DNA from: Candidatus Portiera aleyrodidarum
Lineage (GTDB): Bacteria > Pseudomonadota > Gammaproteobacteria > Johnevansiales > Johnevansiaceae
DNA: 32,000 bases
Assembly: GCF_000953295.1 (NCBI RefSeq)
Contig: NZ_LN649255.1
Span: 90,001 to 122,000 of the forward strand
Reading direction: 5' to 3'
Shown here: piece after piece, positions 1 to 10,476 of the stretch
Layout of the letters: each line of letters starts with the position of its first letter
Numbering within the stretch: position 1 is the stretch's first letter
Translations under genes and position numbers: made by a program
Notes under the pieces: model-generated
The model's database searches: none
Told to the model about the DNA's origin: nothing
Seen by the model: the letters and a program-made list of their open reading frames with translations, nothing else

Positions 1-176
1 TGCTTCTGTAAGTTATATCTTCCCCTACAGATCCTGTCTTTTCAGTAGGTTACCCTATTCAGAATTCGCCGGGTTATAAGTTACTCGCCACCTAACCGGC
101 GTTTAACGCAGGCTGTCACGTCTTTCATCGCCTTTGACTGCCTAGGCATCCACCATATGCGCTTAATCGCTTTATC
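1..176 (-). rRNA. rrl: 23S rRNA, 5' end only (gene continues past the left edge of the window)
   Basis: The reverse complement near 176 reads GATAAAGCGATTAAGCGCATATGGTGGATGCCTAGGCAGTCAAAGGCGATGAAAGACGTG. This is colinear with the conserved 5' end of bacterial 23S rRNA (E. coli GGTTAAGCGACTAAGCGTACACGGTGGATGCCCTGGCAGTCAGAGGCGATGAAGGACGTG, recalled from memory). GC content is far above the flanking DNA. The exact 5' end is approximate. Confidence 0.9.
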
Positions 177-214
177 ACAATTTAATAACCTTTTAAGAGT
201 CTATTTAATTCTTT

Positions 215-287
215 TGGGTCTGGGCAGACTTGAACTACCGACCTCACTCTTATCAGGAGTGTGCTCTTCCATCTGAGCTACAGACCC
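215..287 (-). tRNA. tRNA-Ile (anticodon GAU) in the 16S-23S spacer
   Basis: The reverse complement is GGGTCTGTAGCTCAGATGGAAGAGCACACTCCTGATAAGAGTGAGGTCGGTAGTTCAAGTCTGCCCAGACCCA. It folds as a cloverleaf: acceptor GGGTCTG/CAGACCC, D stem GCTC/GAGC, anticodon stem CACTC/GAGTG with loop CTGATAA (GAT), T stem GGTAG/CTGCC with loop TTCAAGT. The 3' CCA is not encoded. Confidence 0.95.
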
Positions 288-297
288 ACTACTATAT

Positions 298-320
298 GTA
301 AGTACTTAGTTCATAAAGAC
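298..320 (-). other. 3' (trailer) half of the long-range helix that brackets 16S rRNA; presumed RNase III processing stem
   Basis: The RNA GUCUUUAUGAACUAAGUACUUAC lies 10 nt after the 16S 3' end. It pairs with the leader segment 1902..1926. Hand pairing gives 7 bp, a 2-nt bulge, then 16 bp, including two G-U pairs. Confidence 0.6.
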
Positions 321-329
321 TATAACTGT

Positions 330-1880
<1,551 letters not shown>

Positions 1881-1901
1881 CTTTTTTTCTCTTTTTTTTT
1901 G

Positions 1902-1926
1902 GTCTTTATCTGAACCAAGTACCTAC
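1902..1926 (-). other. 5' (leader) half of the long-range helix that brackets 16S rRNA
   Basis: The RNA GUAGGUACUUGGUUCAGAUAAAGAC lies about 22 nt upstream of the 16S 5' end. It is complementary to 298..320 over 23 bp in total. Confidence 0.6.
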
Positions 1927-1953
1927 TTAATTTTAAATCTTAAATAGATATTA

Positions 1954-1981
1954 TTTATATATAATTTTTTTATATTGTCAA
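1954..1981 (-). promoter_or_regulatory. Candidate sigma-70 promoter for the rRNA operon
   Basis: The minus strand reads GAATTTAAAA-TTGACA-ATATAAAAAAATTATA-TATAAA. That is a perfect -35 hexamer, a 16-nt spacer and a 5/6 match to the -10 hexamer. It starts 10 nt after the trpS stop and about 70 nt upstream of the mature 16S end. -10-like hexamers are common by chance in this AT-rich DNA, so confidence is low. Confidence 0.3.
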
Positions 1982-1991
1982 TTTTAAATTC

Positions 1992-2966
1992 TTATTTAAT
2001 TACTATTTTTTTTAATTCTGATATAATTATATTTGCTTTATCTCGTGCTATATTTTCTCCTTTTTTAAGTATTTTTTTTAGATACGTATAATCTTTTAAA
2101 AGTCTTAAATAAGTATCTCTTGAATAACGTAATGATTCATTTATATAATCAAAAACTATTTTTTTTACTTTAATCCAACTTATACCTTCATTATATTTAT
2201 TTTTTAAATAATTAATTTCTTTTTTACTTGCAAATGCTGAGTATATTTGAAATAAAGTACAATTTTTTATATTTTTAGGATCACTCGCTTTACTTGAATT
2301 AGTTTTTATTTTAATTATCATATTATATAATGTTTTTTCTGTACAAAATAAAGGTATAGTATTACCATAACTTTTAGACATTTTTCGGCCATCTAAACCA
2401 TTTAGAAGTTTATTTTTTTTATCTACTTTTATTTTTGGTAAAATAAAATATTTTCCATAAATTTTATTAAATCTTAAAGCAATATCTCTTGTTATTTCGA
2501 TATGTTGAAGTTGATCATTTCCTACTAAAACAAAATTTGCATGAAACAATAAAATATCAGCAGCCATAAGTAAAGGATAACTATATAAACCCATATTAAT
2601 ATAATTTTTTTCAGTTATAAATAATGACTTAAAAGCATGAGCTCTATTTAATAAACCTTTAGAACAAATACAAAATAAAAACCACATTAATTCAGTAATT
2701 TCTGGTATAGCTGATTGACAATATAAAATTACTTTATTTGGGTCCAACCCAATTGCTAACCAAGCTGCCAATATTTCTATTTTATATTTCTTTATTTTTT
2801 TAGGATCTTTTAATTTTATTAAAGCATGTAAATCAGCAATAAAATAATATGATTTTATATTTATATTTCTACTAAAATCAACTGAAGGACGTAGAGCCCC
2901 AATATAATTTCCTAAATGAGGAGCTCCATTTGGAGTAATTCCACTAATTAAATTTAATTTCTCCAT
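1992..2966 (-). CDS. trpS: Tryptophan--tRNA ligase
   Basis: 324-aa ORF with class I aaRS signatures: GITPNGAPHLGNYIG (HIGH-type) and GRKMSKSYGN (KMSKS). Length and colinearity fit bacterial TrpRS. Confidence 0.9.
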   Translation of the reverse strand: MEKLNLISGITPNGAPHLGNYIGALRPSVDFSRNINIKSYYFIADLHALIKLKDPKKIKKYKIEILAAWLAIGLDPNKVILYCQSAIPEITELMWFLFCICSKGLLNRAHAFKSLFITEKNYINMGLYSYPLLMAADILLFHANFVLVGNDQLQHIEITRDIALRFNKIYGKYFILPKIKVDKKNKLLNGLDGRKMSKSYGNTIPLFCTEKTLYNMIIKIKTNSSKASDPKNIKNCTLFQIYSAFASKKEINYLKNKYNEGISWIKVKKIVFDYINESLRYSRDTYLRLLKDYTYLKKILKKGENIARDKANIIISELKKIVIK

Positions 2967-3116
2967 TTATTTAGATTCACGATAAATAACATGTTTACGT
3001 ATTTTTGGATCATATTTTTTTAATTCTAATTTCTTAGGATTATTCCTTTTATTTTTATAAGTTGAATAAAAATGACCAGTTCCTAGAGTAGAAACTAACT
3101 TTATTTTTTTTCTCAT
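2967..3116 (-). CDS. rpmG: 50S ribosomal protein L33
   Basis: Not in the ORF track (49 aa). The hand translation is [49 protein letters not shown]. It is colinear with E. coli L33 ([46 protein letters not shown]). The ATG overlaps the rpmB stop (ATGA), and its TAA abuts the trpS ATG. Confidence 0.9.
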   Translation of the reverse strand: MRKKIKLVSTLGTGHFYSTYKNKRNNPKKLELKKYDPKIRKHVIYRESK

Positions 3117-3352
3117 AACAATTTATCCAATATAATCTTTTTTTTATTTAATATTTTTTCTATCCCATATTTATCTAATATACGCATACCTTTTGTAGAA
3201 ATACGTAATTTAATATAACGATTTTTATTATTTATCCAAAATCGATGATTTTGTAAATTAGGCATAAATCTTCTACGTGTTTTTCTATTTGAATGAGAAA
3301 CATTATTACCTTGCATTGGTTTTTTATAAGTTACTTGGCATTTTTTAGCCAT
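3113..3352 (-). CDS. rpmB: 50S ribosomal protein L28
   Basis: 79 aa. [39 protein letters not shown] matches E. coli L28 ([39 protein letters not shown]). It forms the usual rpmB-rpmG pair. Confidence 0.92.
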   Translation of the reverse strand: MAKKCQVTYKKPMQGNNVSHSNRKTRRRFMPNLQNHRFWINNKNRYIKLRISTKGMRILDKYGIEKILNKKKIILDKLL

Positions 3353-3361
3353 TTATTTTCC

Positions 3362-4216
3362 TTATTTATTTTTTTTTATTGACATCTTAATATAATTTTT
3401 TATTTTTTTTATTGCGCTTTTTTCTAATTGACGGATCCTTTCAGCTGATACACCATAAATATCAGCTAATTCATGTAATGTTGCTTTTTGTTCATTCAAC
3501 CAACGTTGCTTTAAAATATCTCTTACACGTTCATCAAGTTTATTTAAAGCTACATATAACCGTCTGAAAGTATATTTTTCGAAATCATATTTTTCTAATA
3601 ATATAGCAGGATCAAATCTTGAATCTTCAATATAATTAGAAGGATTTTGATATTTATTATTATTTTCTTTATCTTCAATTTGATTATCAAAACCAGAATC
3701 ATTTGATGATAATCTACCTTCCATTTCTCTAACTACATTAGGATTTACATTAAGATCATTAGCTATTGCTTTTATTTCATCATTATTTAACCAATTAAAA
3801 CGTTTTTTTGCACTTCTTAAATTAAAAAATAATTTACGTTGAGATTTTGTAGTAGCTACTTTTACAATCCTCCAATTTCTTAAAACATATTCATGTATTT
3901 CAGCTTTTATCCAATGTATAGCAAAAGAAACTAACCTCACACCATGAGAAGGATCAAAACGTTTTACTGCTTTCATTAAACCTACATTACCTTCTTGAAT
4001 AATATCAGATTGCTGTAATCCATATCCAGAATAAGTCCGTGCAATATGAACTACAAACCGTAAATTAGACATTACTAAACAACGAGCTGCTTCTAAATCT
4101 CCTTTCTTTCTTAATCTTATTGCTAAATCATGTTCTTCTTTAGCTGTAAGTAATGGTATTCCTATCACGGTTTGAATATAACCATTTATATTTTTTTCTG
4201 GATAAATTTTTATCAT
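3362..4216 (-). CDS. rpoH: RNA polymerase sigma-32 (heat-shock sigma factor)
   Basis: 284 aa. It contains the RpoH box QRKLFFNLR. Region 2 (LRFVVHIARTYSGYGLQQSDIIQEGNVGLMKAVKRFDPSHGVRLVSFAIHWIKAEIHEYVLRNWRIVKVATTK) is nearly identical to E. coli RpoH. Confidence 0.92.
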   Translation of the reverse strand: MIKIYPEKNINGYIQTVIGIPLLTAKEEHDLAIRLRKKGDLEAARCLVMSNLRFVVHIARTYSGYGLQQSDIIQEGNVGLMKAVKRFDPSHGVRLVSFAIHWIKAEIHEYVLRNWRIVKVATTKSQRKLFFNLRSAKKRFNWLNNDEIKAIANDLNVNPNVVREMEGRLSSNDSGFDNQIEDKENNNKYQNPSNYIEDSRFDPAILLEKYDFEKYTFRRLYVALNKLDERVRDILKQRWLNEQKATLHELADIYGVSAERIRQLEKSAIKKIKNYIKMSIKKNK

Positions 4217-4314
4217 AGCCTACTCATCATTCCACTAAAAATTTTTACTCCTAAAATAAATTATTTAATTTGAAATTATATCATAATTTTTATATTATTT
4301 ATTAAAGGATCAAT

Positions 4315-4899
4315 ATGATTAGATTAATAGGTGGTAATAATAAACGTAGTTCCCTTAAATTTACAGCTAGAATTCTCCCAGGTATTCGACCTACTTTAAT
4401 TAGTGTAAGAGAAACATTATTTAATTGGATAACAATAAATTATATAAAAAATAAAAATATTTTAGATTTATACGCAGGGAGTGGTTCATTAGGTTTTGAA
4501 TCTATTTCTAGAGGCGCAAAACATGTAGTTTTTATTGAAAATAAAAAATATTTAATTAACTATTTATACATTAATAGAAAAAAAATAAAAAAATTAAACT
4601 CTATTAAAATAATAAAAAATAATTCTATTACTTATATTAATAAATTAGCTTATATATCTTTTGATTTAGTTTTTATAGATCCCCCTTTTTATCACGGGTT
4701 AGCATATCCTACTTGTAACTTATTAGAATCAAACGGGTGGGTTAATGATAATTCATTAATATATTTAGAAGTAGAATCTAAATTAGATTTATTTTTTTTA
4801 CCTAACTCCTGGAGATTATATAAAGAAACTTACTATGGAAAATCTCATATACTTCTTTATCGGCGAGCCTTATCTAATTTGACGCATAAAAGGAAATAA
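4315..4899 (+). CDS. rsmD: 16S rRNA (guanine966-N2)-methyltransferase RsmD
   Basis: 194 aa. IRLIGG...RPT..VRETLFNW, the SAM motif LDLYAGSGSLGFESISRGA and FIDPPF are colinear with E. coli RsmD. The last 30 nt overlap the 3' end of lysS on the opposite strand. Confidence 0.8.
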   Translation: MIRLIGGNNKRSSLKFTARILPGIRPTLISVRETLFNWITINYIKNKNILDLYAGSGSLGFESISRGAKHVVFIENKKYLINYLYINRKKIKKLNSIKIIKNNSITYINKLAYISFDLVFIDPPFYHGLAYPTCNLLESNGWVNDNSLIYLEVESKLDLFFLPNSWRLYKETYYGKSHILLYRRALSNLTHKRK

Positions 4900-6357
4900 T
4901 AATACATCACGAATTGAATCTTTATTTGTAAGAATCATAATAAGACGATCAATACCTAAACCTTGGCCAGCTGTTGGGGGCAGTCCGTATTCTAAGGCAC
5001 GTATATAATCATTATCATAATAAAACATATCATTAATATCTTTTTTTTTACTCTGTAATTTAAATCTTTTAGATTGTTCTATATAATCATTTAATTCAGA
5101 AAATCCATTAGCTATTTCTCTACCTCCTATAAATAATTCGAATCTTTCAGTTATATTTGAATTATTATCTTTCCTTCTAGCTAAAGGACTAATTTCAACA
5201 GGATATTCAGTAATAAACGTTGGTTTTATTAGTTTTCTTTCTACAATTACTTCAAATATTTTATTAAGCAATAAACCATAATTATTATAATTATCTACAC
5301 TAATTCCAATCCGTTTAGACAAATAAAGCAAGTTTTCTAAATTTTCTAAATCAGATTTAATAATTGAAAACTTTTTACCATATTTTCTTATAGATTCTTG
5401 CATACTTAAACAATCAAAAGGTTCTGATAAATCAACAAATTTTTTTTTTCCTATATTAATATTAGTTGTTCCTAATGTTTCATTAGCTACAAATCTAATC
5501 AAATTTTCTGTAAGTTTCATCAAATCATTATAATCTGCAAAAGCCCAATAAAATTCTAACATAGTAAATTCAGGATTATGCCAAGTTGATATGCCTTCAT
5601 TACGAAAATTTTTATTAATTTCAAATACCCGTTCAAATCCCCCAACAACCAACCGTTTTAGATAAAGTTCTGGCGCAATCCGTAAATACATTTTTATATT
5701 TAATGAATTATTATAAGTTACGAATGGTTTTGCTAAAGCACCACCTGGTTTTGAGTGTAATATAGGTGTTTCTACTTCCAGAAAATCAAGCTCATTTAAA
5801 AATTTTCTAATATAAGAGATAACCCGAGTTCGAATAATAAATCTTTTCCGTACTTCTTTATTCATAATCAAATCTAAATATCGAGCTCTATATTTAATTT
5901 CTTGATCTTTTATACCATGAAATTTATCTGGTAAAGGTCTTATACATTTAGTTAAAATATAAGCTTTTTTTACTAATAAATAAATTTCTCCTTTATTAGA
6001 TTTATTAATTCCCCCTAGAGCTCCAATAATATCACCAATATCCCATTCTTTAATATTTTTATACAATTCATTAGAAATTCTTTTTTTATCTATATAAAGC
6101 TGAATCTTACTACTTACATCTTGTATAATTATAAAAGGTCCCCTTTTACGCATAACACGTCCAGCTACATATGCAGTATATTTAAATTTTACTAATTCTT
6201 CTTTTTTCTTTTTTCCAAAATCTTTTTTTAAATTATTTGAAATACTATCACGACGAAAATCATTAGGAAATGCACTTTTTCCTTTTTTTCTTGTTTTTTC
6301 ACGTAATCCTTTCAGTTTATCAATACGTTCTCTTATTAAAGAATTTTTTATAATCAA
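4870..6357 (-). CDS. lysS: Lysine--tRNA ligase (class II)
   Basis: The ORF is colinear with E. coli LysS. Matching blocks include AFPNDFRRD, RPLPDKFHG..DQE.RYR.RYLDL, YLRIAPELYLKRLVVGGFERVFEINKNFRNEGIS..HNPEFTMLEF and GLPPTAGQGLGIDRL. There is no in-frame ATG near the N-terminus. I prefer the TTG at 6357, which sits 7 nt after AAGGA and just past the prfB stop. The ORF-track start (TTG at 6387, inside prfB) remains possible. Confidence 0.9.
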   Translation of the reverse strand: MIIKNSLIRERIDKLKGLREKTRKKGKSAFPNDFRRDSISNNLKKDFGKKKKEELVKFKYTAYVAGRVMRKRGPFIIIQDVSSKIQLYIDKKRISNELYKNIKEWDIGDIIGALGGINKSNKGEIYLLVKKAYILTKCIRPLPDKFHGIKDQEIKYRARYLDLIMNKEVRKRFIIRTRVISYIRKFLNELDFLEVETPILHSKPGGALAKPFVTYNNSLNIKMYLRIAPELYLKRLVVGGFERVFEINKNFRNEGISTWHNPEFTMLEFYWAFADYNDLMKLTENLIRFVANETLGTTNINIGKKKFVDLSEPFDCLSMQESIRKYGKKFSIIKSDLENLENLLYLSKRIGISVDNYNNYGLLLNKIFEVIVERKLIKPTFITEYPVEISPLARRKDNNSNITERFELFIGGREIANGFSELNDYIEQSKRFKLQSKKKDINDMFYYDNDYIRALEYGLPPTAGQGLGIDRLIMILTNKDSIRDVLLFPFMRQIR

Positions 6358-6358
6358 T

Positions 6359-7382
6359 TTATAATCCTTGCTTGAGACTTGCTTCAATAAATATATCTAA
6401 ATCACCATTTAATACTTTTTCACAATTATTTTTTTGTATTCCTGTACGTAAATCCTTAATTCTTTGAGAATCTAACACATATGAACGAATTTGATTTCCC
6501 CAACAGATTCCTGCTTTAGTTTTTTCTATTATATTTTTTTCATTTGCTCTTTTTTTTTTTTCAATCTCATATAATTTTGTTTTCAACATTTTCATAGCAC
6601 GTTCTTTGTTACTATGTTGGGAGCGCTCTGTTTGACATGAAACTACTATATTTGTTGGAATATGTGTAATTCTAACAGCAGAATCAGTTGTATTAACATG
6701 CTGACCTCCTGCCCCACTAGATCTATAAGTATCTATTCTTAAATCTTCTATATTTATATTTATTTTTATATTTTTTTCAATTTCTGGATAAATAAATACT
6801 GATGAAAATGAAGTATGTCGACGGTTATTTGAATCAAAAGGACTTTTGCGTACTAACCTATGAATCCCTTTTTCAGTCCGTATCCAGCCAAATGCATATT
6901 CCCCTTTTATATGTAAAGTTGCAGATTTTATACCTGCTTTTTCACCTATTGTTAAATTTATTATTTCAGTTTTAAACTTATGACTTAAAGCCCATCTTAA
7001 ATACATACGTAACAACATATTTGACCAATCTTGTGATTCTATTCCACCAGAACCTGCTTGAATTTCTAAATAAGCATTATTTATATCCAGTTTGCCTGAA
7101 AATATAAGAATACATTCTAATTTTGATAAATTTCTTTCTAAGATTATTAAATCTTCTTTAATTAAAAATAACGTGTTTTTATCTGATTCCATTATAGCTA
7201 ACTGTAATAACTCTGTATTATTAAATAATTCATTAAGAATTTTATTTATAATATTTTTAACCCAATTATTTTTTATTTTTTTAAATTTATATTCTTTCTT
7301 ATCAAAGATAATCCTTAATTTTAGAATACCGGTCATATAAATTTTTTATTTTTATTTTTAATTTTTGTATATTTTCATACAT
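6359..7382 (-). CDS. prfB: Peptide chain release factor 2, requiring a programmed +1 ribosomal frameshift (join 7382..7305, 7303..6359)
   Basis: Frame 0 from the ATG at 7382 gives [26 protein letters not shown] followed by TGA (7304..7302). Shifting +1 at CTT-T-GA continues DKKEYKF... into the 325-aa track ORF. That ORF carries SPF (RKSPFDS) and GGQ (SGAGGQHVN). The E. coli site is RGYL*DYDAKKE. Confidence 0.93.
7302..7316 (-). promoter_or_regulatory. prfB autoregulatory +1 frameshift site
   Basis: The minus strand reads AAG GAT TAT CTT TGA T. This is an SD-like AAGGA, then TAT, then the slippery CTT and an in-frame TGA. The architecture matches E. coli AGG GGG TAT CTT TGA C. Confidence 0.85.
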
Positions 7383-7407
7383 ATATATTTTATATCCTTA
7401 TTTTATA

Positions 7408-8790
7408 TTACAATACACTAAACATATAATTATGTACCTTCTTTAGATTAGCAGGTAAAATACAATATCTCTCTTCTTTTTTTAATAATTCTTTAATTGA
7501 ACTAGGTAAATATATTTCAATTCCTGCTTTAAGAACTGTCTCATAAAATTTTGCTGGATGAGCTGTAGCCAGACTTATCATAGGTATTCCTGGGTAAGTA
7601 TTACATCTTTCAGCAGCTATTAACCCAATAGCTGTATGTGGGTCAACAATAACCCCATTACGTTTATAAATCTTACGTATAACAGACAAAATCATTTTAT
7701 CATTTACACTTGTACTATAAAATATATTTCTTAATTTGCTTAAAGGTTTTTCATCTATTATAGTAGAATTTTTCTTATTAAATTTATTAAATAAAGCTTT
7801 AATAGCATTTGAATTTTTCTTATACGCATAAAAAAGTAACCGTTCAAAATTAGAAGAAACAACTATATCCATAGCAGGAGCTATGGTATTAACTAAATTA
7901 TTTATAGAAAAATCATTATACTCTATTATTCGATGCAATATATTATTAGAATTAGTTGCAATAACTAATTGCTTAATAGGCAATCCCATTTTAGAAGCTA
8001 GATACCCTGCAAAAATATTTCCAAAATTTCCAGTAGGAACTGTAAAACTTATTTCTCGATACGGAGCTCCAACTGAAATTGCTGAAACTATATAATATAC
8101 TATTTGTGCTAAAATACGTGCCCAGTTTATCGAGTTTATAGCAATTAACCTTCTTCCTTTAATAAAACAATTTTTCTTAAAACTTTCTTTAACTATTGCC
8201 TGGGCATCATCAAAATTTCCTTTAATAGCTATATTATGTACATTATCTTTTTTTACTGTAGTCATTTGTCTTCTTTGTATTTCTGATATCATTTTATCAG
8301 GATGTAAAATGAATATTTCTAAATTATTACAATAACAAAAACCTGAAATAGCAGCTGATCCCGTATCTCCTGAAGTTGCTCCCATTACTACTGCTTTTTC
8401 ATCACGTTTAGTTAAAAAATAGTCAATTAAATAACCCATGAATTGTAATGCTATATCTTTAAATGCTAATGTTGGACCATTAAATAATTCTAATAAAAAA
8501 TTATTTTTTCCTATTTGCTTTAGAGGCACAATTGCATCACTCTTAAATCTTGTATAACTTTTTTTTATTAAAATTTTTAAAGTCTTATCATCAATATCAT
8601 CAATAAAAAGACGCATTATACGAAAAGCTGATTCAGCATATGAACAATTATTTAATTCTATTAAATCTCTATGTGTAAATTTAGGTATTTTTTCTGGAAC
8701 ATACAACCCGCCATCTAGAGCTAAACCTGACATTACAGTTTCTTCAAAAGAAAGTATAGGTGCTTCACCTCGTGTACTAATATAACGCAT
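7408..8790 (-). CDS. thrC: Threonine synthase
   Basis: The N-terminus MRYISTRGEAPILSFEE is canonical for ThrC. The PLP-lysine region is ELFNGPTLAFKDIALQF. The ORF track extends 15 codons further upstream to 8835 and overlaps hom. I prefer the ATG at 8790, with 8799 also possible. Confidence 0.9.
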   Translation of the reverse strand: MRYISTRGEAPILSFEETVMSGLALDGGLYVPEKIPKFTHRDLIELNNCSYAESAFRIMRLFIDDIDDKTLKILIKKSYTRFKSDAIVPLKQIGKNNFLLELFNGPTLAFKDIALQFMGYLIDYFLTKRDEKAVVMGATSGDTGSAAISGFCYCNNLEIFILHPDKMISEIQRRQMTTVKKDNVHNIAIKGNFDDAQAIVKESFKKNCFIKGRRLIAINSINWARILAQIVYYIVSAISVGAPYREISFTVPTGNFGNIFAGYLASKMGLPIKQLVIATNSNNILHRIIEYNDFSINNLVNTIAPAMDIVVSSNFERLLFYAYKKNSNAIKALFNKFNKKNSTIIDEKPLSKLRNIFYSTSVNDKMILSVIRKIYKRNGVIVDPHTAIGLIAAERCNTYPGIPMISLATAHPAKFYETVLKAGIEIYLPSSIKELLKKEERYCILPANLKKVHNYMFSVL

Positions 8791-8821
8791 TTTTACCATC
8801 CATAAATATTTTTCATCAAAA

Positions 8822-10102
8822 TTAAAAGTTTTCAACCCTAATTCTTGTTATAGGTCCTAATATTTTATGTGTTGATTTGATTTTTCCTATAACTAAATCT
8901 ATATTTGATTCTTTTGTACTATAAGTTAAGATAATAATAACAATTGACTTTCCCGTTTTTTTTTGTATTAGTTGCTTAATTCTTATTCCTTGTTTATAAA
9001 AAATCTTTGCTACCTTTGCTATCATCTTCAAACTGATAAGCAGAAATCTCAAATAATATTCTGTAATAATTTGATCTATTGGTAAAATAGGTAATTTTTC
9101 AATATCACTAAAAGCTAAATATGGAGTCCGATAATTATGTTTTGTAAAAATATCTCTATATACATCTAATAAATCTGCTACAATAGCTGATGCTGTTGGT
9201 TCGGACCCAGCACCTCTACCATAATATAAAGTTGGACCTACTGCATCTCCATTTATTTCTATTGCATTTTTTACTCCATTCACATTTGCTATTAATCTTT
9301 TTTTTGGTACCATAGCAGGATGAACCCGTAATTCTATTCCTTTTTTAGTACGTTTAGAAATCCCCAAATGTTTTATTTTATATCCTAATTTCTCTGCTTG
9401 TTTTACATCTTCTATAGTTAGACTTTTTATACCTTCAATATAAATTTTTTCAAATTGTAAATTCACCCCATAAGCAAGAGACGCTAAAATTGTTAATTTA
9501 TGTGCTGCATCAAAACCTTCTACATCTAAAGTTGGATCTTCTTCCGCATATCCTAACAATTTAGCTTTATTAAGTATTTCTTCATAACTTTTACCTTTTT
9601 TCATATTAGTAAGTATATAATTTACTGTCCCATTTATAATTCCAATAATACTCTTAATCCTATTAGCACCTAAACCCTCACGTAACGATTTGATTATTGG
9701 TATACCTCCAGCTACTGCCGCTTCAAATGCTACCATTATACCTCTTTTTTCAGCTGCATAAAAAATTTCTTGTCCATGTAATGCAATCATTGCTTTATTT
9801 GCTGTTACAACGTGCTTATTATTTTTAATAGCTTCTAATACAAGTTTCTTAGCTACATTACAGCCCCCAATTAACTCTACTATTACATCAATCTTAGGGT
9901 TTCGTACTACTTCAAAAATATTTTTAGTTACTTTAATACCTGTTAAATCACACATTGAATTATCACTCCGTGTACCTATCTGTTCGATTATTAGAGGACG
10001 ACCTATTCTACGAAAGATTTCATTATAATTCCTTTTTAATATATTAAATGTCCCTCCACCAACAGTTCCTAAACCACAAATCCCTACTCGTATCAATTTC
10101 AT
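8822..10102 (-). CDS. hom: Homoserine dehydrogenase (monofunctional, with C-terminal ACT domain)
   Basis: It has the NAD-binding motif MKLIRVGICGLGTVGGG, a conserved catalytic core (VVTANKA, GIINGT.NYIL) and an ACT-like tail. The track start at 10111 is a TTG. The ATG at 10102 gives the conventional N-terminus. hom and thrC are adjacent, as in many non-enteric Proteobacteria. Confidence 0.9.
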   Translation of the reverse strand: MKLIRVGICGLGTVGGGTFNILKRNYNEIFRRIGRPLIIEQIGTRSDNSMCDLTGIKVTKNIFEVVRNPKIDVIVELIGGCNVAKKLVLEAIKNNKHVVTANKAMIALHGQEIFYAAEKRGIMVAFEAAVAGGIPIIKSLREGLGANRIKSIIGIINGTVNYILTNMKKGKSYEEILNKAKLLGYAEEDPTLDVEGFDAAHKLTILASLAYGVNLQFEKIYIEGIKSLTIEDVKQAEKLGYKIKHLGISKRTKKGIELRVHPAMVPKKRLIANVNGVKNAIEINGDAVGPTLYYGRGAGSEPTASAIVADLLDVYRDIFTKHNYRTPYLAFSDIEKLPILPIDQIITEYYLRFLLISLKMIAKVAKIFYKQGIRIKQLIQKKTGKSIVIIILTYSTKESNIDLVIGKIKSTHKILGPITRIRVENF

Positions 10103-10119
10103 ATTCCCCAAATATTAAC

Positions 10120-10476
10120 TTATTTTTTTATTTTTTCTTTAATACGTGCCGTTTTACCTTTCCGATTACGAAGATAGTAAAGTTTAGATTTACGAACATC
10201 ACCTTTTCTATTAATTTTTATACTAAATATACTTGTACTATAAGTTTTGAATGTACGTTCTATTCCTTTTCCATTATTTATTTTACGTACTATAAAAGAA
10301 GAATTTAAACCCCTATTGCGTTTACCAATAACTATTCCTTCAAAAGCTTGTAATCTTTCTATCGAACCTTCAATAACTTTTACTTGTACAATAACTGTAT
10401 CTCCTGTTTTAATTTTTGGTATTAATTTTTTTTTCATTTGTTCTAATTCTATTTCTTGAATCAATTTATTCCTCAT
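10120..10476 (-). CDS. rplS: 50S ribosomal protein L19
   Basis: 118 aa. Blocks such as [22 protein letters not shown]...NRGLNS.F.VRK are typical of L19. Confidence 0.95.
   Translation of the reverse strand: MRNKLIQEIELEQMKKKLIPKIKTGDTVIVQVKVIEGSIERLQAFEGIVIGKRNRGLNSSFIVRKINNGKGIERTFKTYSTSIFSIKINRKGDVRKSKLYYLRNRKGKTARIKEKIKK

Noticed and set aside
4275-4283. An extended -10-like TGATATAAT on the minus strand, about 60 nt upstream of rpoH.
   Set aside because: TATAAT-like hexamers occur by chance at high frequency in DNA this AT-rich. No acceptable -35 lies upstream (AATAAA/TAATAA), and the sequence alone offers no supporting evidence.
8791-8835. The 15-codon N-terminal extension of thrC (MKTFNFDEKYLWMVK) that would overlap hom by 14 nt.
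   Set aside because: ThrC proteins begin M(K/R)YISTRG, and the ATG at 8790 gives exactly that. The extension has no counterpart in homologues. It is kept only as an alternative start.
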